The notes below the pieces were generated by a model. The model did no database searches. It was not told where the DNA came from and worked only from the letters and a program-made list of their open reading frames with translations. A DNA stretch of 64,000 nucleotides from the human T2T-CHM13v2.0 reference genome, Homo sapiens. The stretch is taken from the NCBI RefSeq assembly GCF_009914755.1, contig NC_060926.1; one strand, 5' to 3'. This document shows positions 58,495 through 64,000 of the stretch, piece by piece (within the stretch, counting starts at the first letter, position 1; each line of letters opens with the position of its first letter). The position numbers and the translations under genes were made by a program.

Positions 58495-61055
58495 TCTGTG
58501 TCTTTTAATTCAGGCATTTAGACCATTTACATTTACCTTTAACATCGTTATGTGTGAATTTGATCTTGTCATCATCATGCTGGCTGGTTAATTTTGCAGA
58601 CTTGTTAATGTAGTTGATTCATAGTGCTGTTGGTCTGTGTACTTTGGAGTGTTTTTGTAGTGTCTGGTAATGGATTTTCCTATCCATGTTTAGTCCTTCC
58701 TTTAGGAGCTCTTGCAGGGCAGGCCTGGTGGTGACAAAATCCCTCAGCATTCGCTTGTCTGAAAAAGATTTTATTTCTCCTTTGCTTATGAAGCTTAGTT
58801 TGGCCAGATATGAAATTCTGAGTTGAAATTTATTTTCTTTAAGAATGTTGAATATTGACCCTTACTCTCTTCTGGCCTGTAGTGTTTCTGCTGAGAGATC
58901 CACTGTTAGTCTAATGGGCTTCCTTTTGTAGGTGACCTGACCTTTCTCTCTGGCTACACTTAACATTTTTTCCTTCATTTTGACCTTGGCAAATCTGATG
59001 ATTATGTGTCTCAGGGTAGACATATTTTCATGGAGTATCTTACTGGGGCTCTCTGGATTTCCTGAATTTGAATACTGGCCTGTCTTGCTAGGTTGGGGTA
59101 GTTCTTCTGGATGATATCCTGAAGTGTGTCTTCCAACTTGTTTCCATTCTCCCCATCTCTTTTGGGTACTCCAATCAGTCATAGGTTCAGTCTTTTTACA
59201 TTCCCATAGTTCTTGGAGGATTTGTTTGTTTCTTTACTTTTTTTCCCTCTAATCTTGTCTGCCTGTCTTATTTCAGCAAGATAGTCTTCAAGCTCTGATA
59301 TTCTCTCTTTCACTTGGTCGATTCTGCTATTTATACTTGTGTTTGCATCATGAAGTTATCAGACTGTGTTTCTCTGCTCCATTAGGTCATTTATGTTTCT
59401 CTCTAAACTGATTATTCTAGTTAACAGCTCCTGTAATGTTTTATCATGGTTCTTAGCTTCTTTACATTAAGTGGGAACATAATTCTTTAGCTCAGTGAAA
59501 TTCATTATTACCCACTTTCTGAAGCCTACTTCTGTCAGTTCATCCATCTCAGCTTCAGCCCCATTCTGTACCCTTGCTGGATAAGTGTTGCAATCATTTG
59601 GAAGAGAAGAGACATTCTGGCTTTTGGAATTTTCAGCATTTTTGCTTTGATTTTTCCTAATCTTCGTGGATTTATCTACCTTTGATCTTTGAGTCTGGTA
59701 ATCTTTGCATGGGGCTTTTGTTGGGTCTTTTTGTTGATGTTGTTGTTGTTGTTACTTTCTGTTTGTTTGTTTTTCTTCTAACAGTCAGATTCTTCTTCTG
59801 CAGGTCTGCTGCAGTTTGCATGGGGTTCATTCCAGAACCTGTTCACCTGAGTATCACCAGTGGAGGCTGCAGAACTGCAAAGATTGCTGCCTGCTCCCTC
59901 CTCTAGAAGCTTGTCCCAGAGGGGCACCAACCTGATGCCAGCTGGAACTCTCCTGTATGAGCAGTCTGGCAACCCCTGTTAGGAAGACTCACCCAGTCAG
60001 GAGGCACAGGATCCAGGACCCACTTAAGGAGGGTCTTTGACTTTCCGTTAGTGGAGCTGGTGCACTGTGCTGGAGGAATCCCCCTAATTGGGATTAGCCA
60101 GTCTTAAGTGGCAGAACTTGAGACTGTGCCCACCCTTACCCCAAGGTGCTCTGTTCCAGGGAGATGACAGTTCTGTTTCTAAGCCCCTGACTGGAGCTGC
60201 TGAAATTCCTGCTTGGTGAGGAGGGATGGCTGTGGGTCCCAGCTAAAGAGGCAGTCTGGCCACAATCTGCAACAGCCACTTTGCTGCACTGTGGGGAATT
60301 CTGCCCAGTCCAAACCGCCTCGTTTTCTTTGCACTGGTTAGTGGAAAACCACCAACTACAATGGCAGTAAATGCTGTTGCCCCTCCCGTTGGGAACTCAG
60401 TTGTCCCAGGCAGCAGGGATCTCATGCCAGTGAGTCTTAGCCTGTGGGACTCCATGGGAGTGGGACCGGCTGATCAAGACTGCTTCAGCCCCCTTTCCAC
60501 AAGAGTGGACGGTTCTCCTGCCTCACTGGAGTTCCAGGCACCACTGTAGTATGTAAAAACTCCTGCAGCCCAGTGCCTGCCCAAACAGCCTCTGACGGGA
60601 GCAGCTGTCCTTGGTTTGCCCAGTTTTATGGTTAAGACCCAAAGCCCTAGTAGTGTAGGCTCACAAGGGACTCTCCTGATCCACAGATTGCAAAAATCCA
60701 TTGGAGAAGGGTAGTACCCCTGGCAGGTAGAACAGCCCCTCACTACTTCCCTTGATTACAGGAGGGAGGTCCGCCCACCCTGTGCAGCTCCTAGATAAAG
60801 TGACGCTCCACCCTGCTGCTGGTTCTCTATGGGTCGTGCCAACTACCTAGTTGGTCCCAATGAGATGAAGTTGGTACCTCAGTTGGAGAAGCAGAAATCA
60901 TTTGCCCTCCCCGTTTGTGTCACTGGGAGCTGCAGACCGGAGCTGTTTCTATTTGACCATCTTGGCCCCTTCCCCATTTTTCTTATCCTTAATTGATTTA
61001 AAAGATAACTGTTTAAAGTAAAAACAAACAATGTATTGCATAATTTTATAATAGG

Positions 61056-61117
61056 TAAATGAAATGACAGCAATGAATGACAGCAAATGAAATGACAGTA
61101 AATGAATGACAGCAATG
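61056..61117 (+). repeat. Short tandem repeat (~13 bp x4, aatgaaatgacag variants)
   Basis: Seen directly. Confidence 0.85.
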
Positions 61118-62544
61118 TCACAGAGATGGAAGGGAGGAATTTCTAATGTTCTTGACTAAATGTTTATTGGTACTTGAAATTGAATTTAGATTAGTTTAGC
61201 ATGTTTATTGTAAACTCCACCACCACTAACATTAATTTTTAAAGAAGTATAACTAATATTCTAAGTGAGGTGATAAAATGGAATCATATGAATTGCTCAG
61301 TTAAAACCAAAGAAGGCAGAAGAAGAGGCAAAAAGGAATAATGTAACAAATGGAAAAGTTACAAACATGATAGATATTAATCCAACTATATCAACTATCA
61401 CTTTAAATGTAAATGGCCTACATATATCAATTAAAGGAAAGAGATTGTCAGAGTAGATGAAAAGAACTGAATTATATGTTGTCTAGGTAAAATCAACTTT
61501 AAATATAAAGAACTAGATGAGTTAAAAGTGAAAAAATTGAGAATATCTACCAATCTAAAACTAATCAAAAAAATTAAAATAGTTATTTTAGTTTGAGACA
61601 GTGCAGACCATTGAACAAGGAAAATTGTCAGGGATAAAGACAGGCATTACATAAAGATAAAGGGGTCTGAGAAGACATAAACATCTTAAACATGCATACA
61701 TCTGACAGAGTTATCAAAATACATGAGGCGAAAACTGATAGAAGAAGATAGGAAACTGAAAGGAGAAATAGACAAATGCAGTGTTACAAGTAGAGACCTC
61801 AATAGTTGCCAGTAATTGATAGATCAAGCAGGTATAAACTCAGTAAAGATACAGAAAACTAAACAGAACTATAAATTAACTCAATCTAATTTATGTTTAT
61901 AGACTATGCCATAAAACAATAGACAATACTTGTTCTTAAGTTCACAGGAAAAATTCATTGAAATAGACTACTTTCTGGCCATAAGACATGTTGACAATTT
62001 ATTTAAGCAATCTACAAAGTGTGTTCTTAAAGCGTAATGGAATTAAACTAGAAATCAATAATAGAAAGATAGATTTAAAATTTCCTAAATATTTGAAAAT
62101 AAACAACACACTTTTAAATAAGCTTTGGATCAATATTTCTTCATATATATTTAAAAATATTTTTAATTACATAAAAATGAAAATATAACTTACCAATATA
62201 TGGGAAGCTGCAAAAACTGCTTAGAAAGAAATTTATAGCATTAAAAGCACACATTAGAGAAAAATAATGATTTAAAATAACTACCCAAGCTTTCACATTA
62301 GGAAACTAGAGAAAAAAAGAACAACTGCAGCATAAAGAAAACAGAAAAGTACAATAAAGTGAATCTTTGCACAGACCATACAACTTTCTAAAAATTAACT
62401 CAAAATGGATCACAGACCTAAAATGCAAAACCTCTAAAACTTCTGAAGATAACATTGGAAACAAATCTAGTTGACCTTCTTTTTCATAATGGTTCTTCAT
62501 TTCAATACCAAAAGAAAAGTCCGTAAGAGGAAAAAAAAAAAGGT

Positions 62545-62652
62545 AACTAATCATAAGTTCTTCAACCTCATTCTTTTTCAAAATTATGTGGCTATTCTGG
62601 GTGTTTTCTATTGGCATACACATTTTTCTGATTAGCTTGTCATGTTCTGCAA
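62545..62652 (-). mobile_element. Short antisense L1M ORF2 fragment
   Basis: tcttcaacctcattctttttcaaaattatgtggctattctggg...agcttgtcatgttctgcaaaa. Confidence 0.65.
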
Positions 62653-63572
62653 AAGATATATCATGTTCATGGATTGGAAAACTCAAAATTGTTAAGGTGT
62701 CAATTCTCTCCAGTTTGATCTATGCATTCAATTCAATTCATCAAAATGTCAGGGAGCTTATTTGTAAATGCTAACAAGCAGTTTCTAAAATTTATATCAA
62801 AAGGAAAAAGAACTAAAAGGGTTATACATTTTTTTAAAAAACAAAAAAGAGTGTTACACTAGGCAATTTTAAGACTTATTAAAAAGCTATCATAATCAAA
62901 CAAGGTGTTATCAGTGAAAAAAATACACATAAATCAATGAAACAGAATAAAGACCCATAAAAAGATCCATAAAAATATAGTCAATAAGTTTTTTAAGTGC
63001 AAAGGCAACTCAATGAGGAAAACATAGACTTCAAAATTGATACTGGAACATTTCCAAGTCCATATGCAAAATAAATTAATTTCAACCTATACCCCGCATA
63101 TTATACCCCGCATATTGAACTAAAATGGAACATAGATCCAGATATAAAGAGTAAAAAACTGAAAATACTTATAAGGAAACATAAAAGAAAATTTGCACAG
63201 TTTTTAAGTATTATGTTGAGTTTCAGATATGACAACAAAAGCAGAATCTATAGAAAATTATACTATAATGTTATCAAAATAAAAACGTTTTCTCTGTGAA
63301 AGTTATTGTTAAAGGAAGGGAAAGTAAGCAAATAACTGAGAGAAATATATGTAAATCATATATCTGATAATACGTAAAGAACTCTTAAACTCAACAAGGG
63401 AAAAAATGTAATTTAAAAAAATGGACAAAAAATCTGAACAGACACTTCACCAATGAACATATATGGACATCAAGGAAGCATATACTTATCATTAGGGAAA
63501 TACAAATCAAAAGTACCCTGAGATACCATTACACATCTATTATAATGACACCCAGTGCTGGCAAGGATGCTA
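62653..63572 (+). mobile_element. L1M ORF2 3' part
   Basis: catgttcatggattggaaaactc...atggacaaaaaatctgaacagacacttcacc...cattagggaaatacaaatc. Confidence 0.8.
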
Positions 63573-63925
63573 TGTTAATTATCTAGGGCTGCTAAATTAG
63601 TCTACTATGGCTGCCATACAAATTACCACAAAACGGGTAGCTTAAACAATGTAATTTTATTGTCACATAGTTCTAGAAGCCAAAAGTCTAAAGTCAAGCA
63701 ACCCTCCAGTTGATTCTTTCTGAGGACTGTGAGAGAAGAATCAGTTTCAGTCCTCTCTCATTAGCTTGCAGATAGTCGTTGTCTTCCTCTTTCTCTATGC
63801 ATGTCTGTGTCTTAATTTCCCCTTTCTATAAAAATACCAGTCATATTGAATTAGAGCACACCTTAATTGCCTCATTTTAATTTGATAACCTCATTACATC
63901 CTATGGTACTGAGGGTTAGAATTTC
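63573..63925 (-). mobile_element. MLT1A/B MaLR LTR
   Basis: ggctgccatacaaattaccacaaa...taccagtcatattgaattagagcacacc...ggtactgagggttag. Confidence 0.8.
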
Positions 63926-64000
63926 TTTTTCAAAAAAATCATTTTACTTTAGATTCAGGGGGTACAAGTGCATGTTTGCTACATGGATATATTGTGAAAA
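63926..64000 (-). mobile_element. Older L1PA (PA13-16-like) 3' end, runs off window
   Basis: tttagattcagggggtacaagtgcatgtttgctacatggatatattg. Confidence 0.75.

Noticed and set aside
59700-60975. L1 5'UTR as an active promoter or CpG island
   Set aside because: CpGs are largely decayed and the YY1 core reads AAGATGGT instead of AAGATGGC; activity cannot be supported from sequence.
61056-61117. Regularly spaced short repeats (CRISPR-like?)
   Set aside because: Head-to-tail tandem units without unique spacers, in eukaryotic L1 DNA.

Overview
AT-rich, repeat-dense primate genomic DNA, almost certainly human because it carries an AluYb8. It looks like a large intron or a gene-poor intergenic region. 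I recognise no host protein-coding exon, RNA gene, CpG island or CRISPR-like array. The protein-like ORFs are decayed LINE-1 ORF1/ORF2 and Tigger1 transposase, plus translation artefacts of Alus and microsatellites. Contents: about 20 Alu/FLAM/FAM SINEs, a full-length Tigger1, a Tigger2a nested in MER44A, many MaLR/ERVL/ERV1 solo LTRs, and a ~17 kb nested LINE-1 pile at 47-64 kb. I found no new enzymatic or genetic 'system'. The most unusual signals are structural. (1) An old L1 carries a ~1.85 kb internal deletion that ends at the same L1 position where a younger inverted L1PA4, ~4.5 kb away, begins. (2) Patchwork insertions appear to be copied from nearby sequence (19.65-19.82 kb, and an exact 32-bp copy at 28.0/30.0 kb). 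Regulatory candidates are a REST/RE1 site, a nuclear-receptor/ONECUT motif cluster and a compound GGAA microsatellite. Repeat subfamily names come from recalled consensus sequences, not a database run, and boundaries of old elements are approximate.
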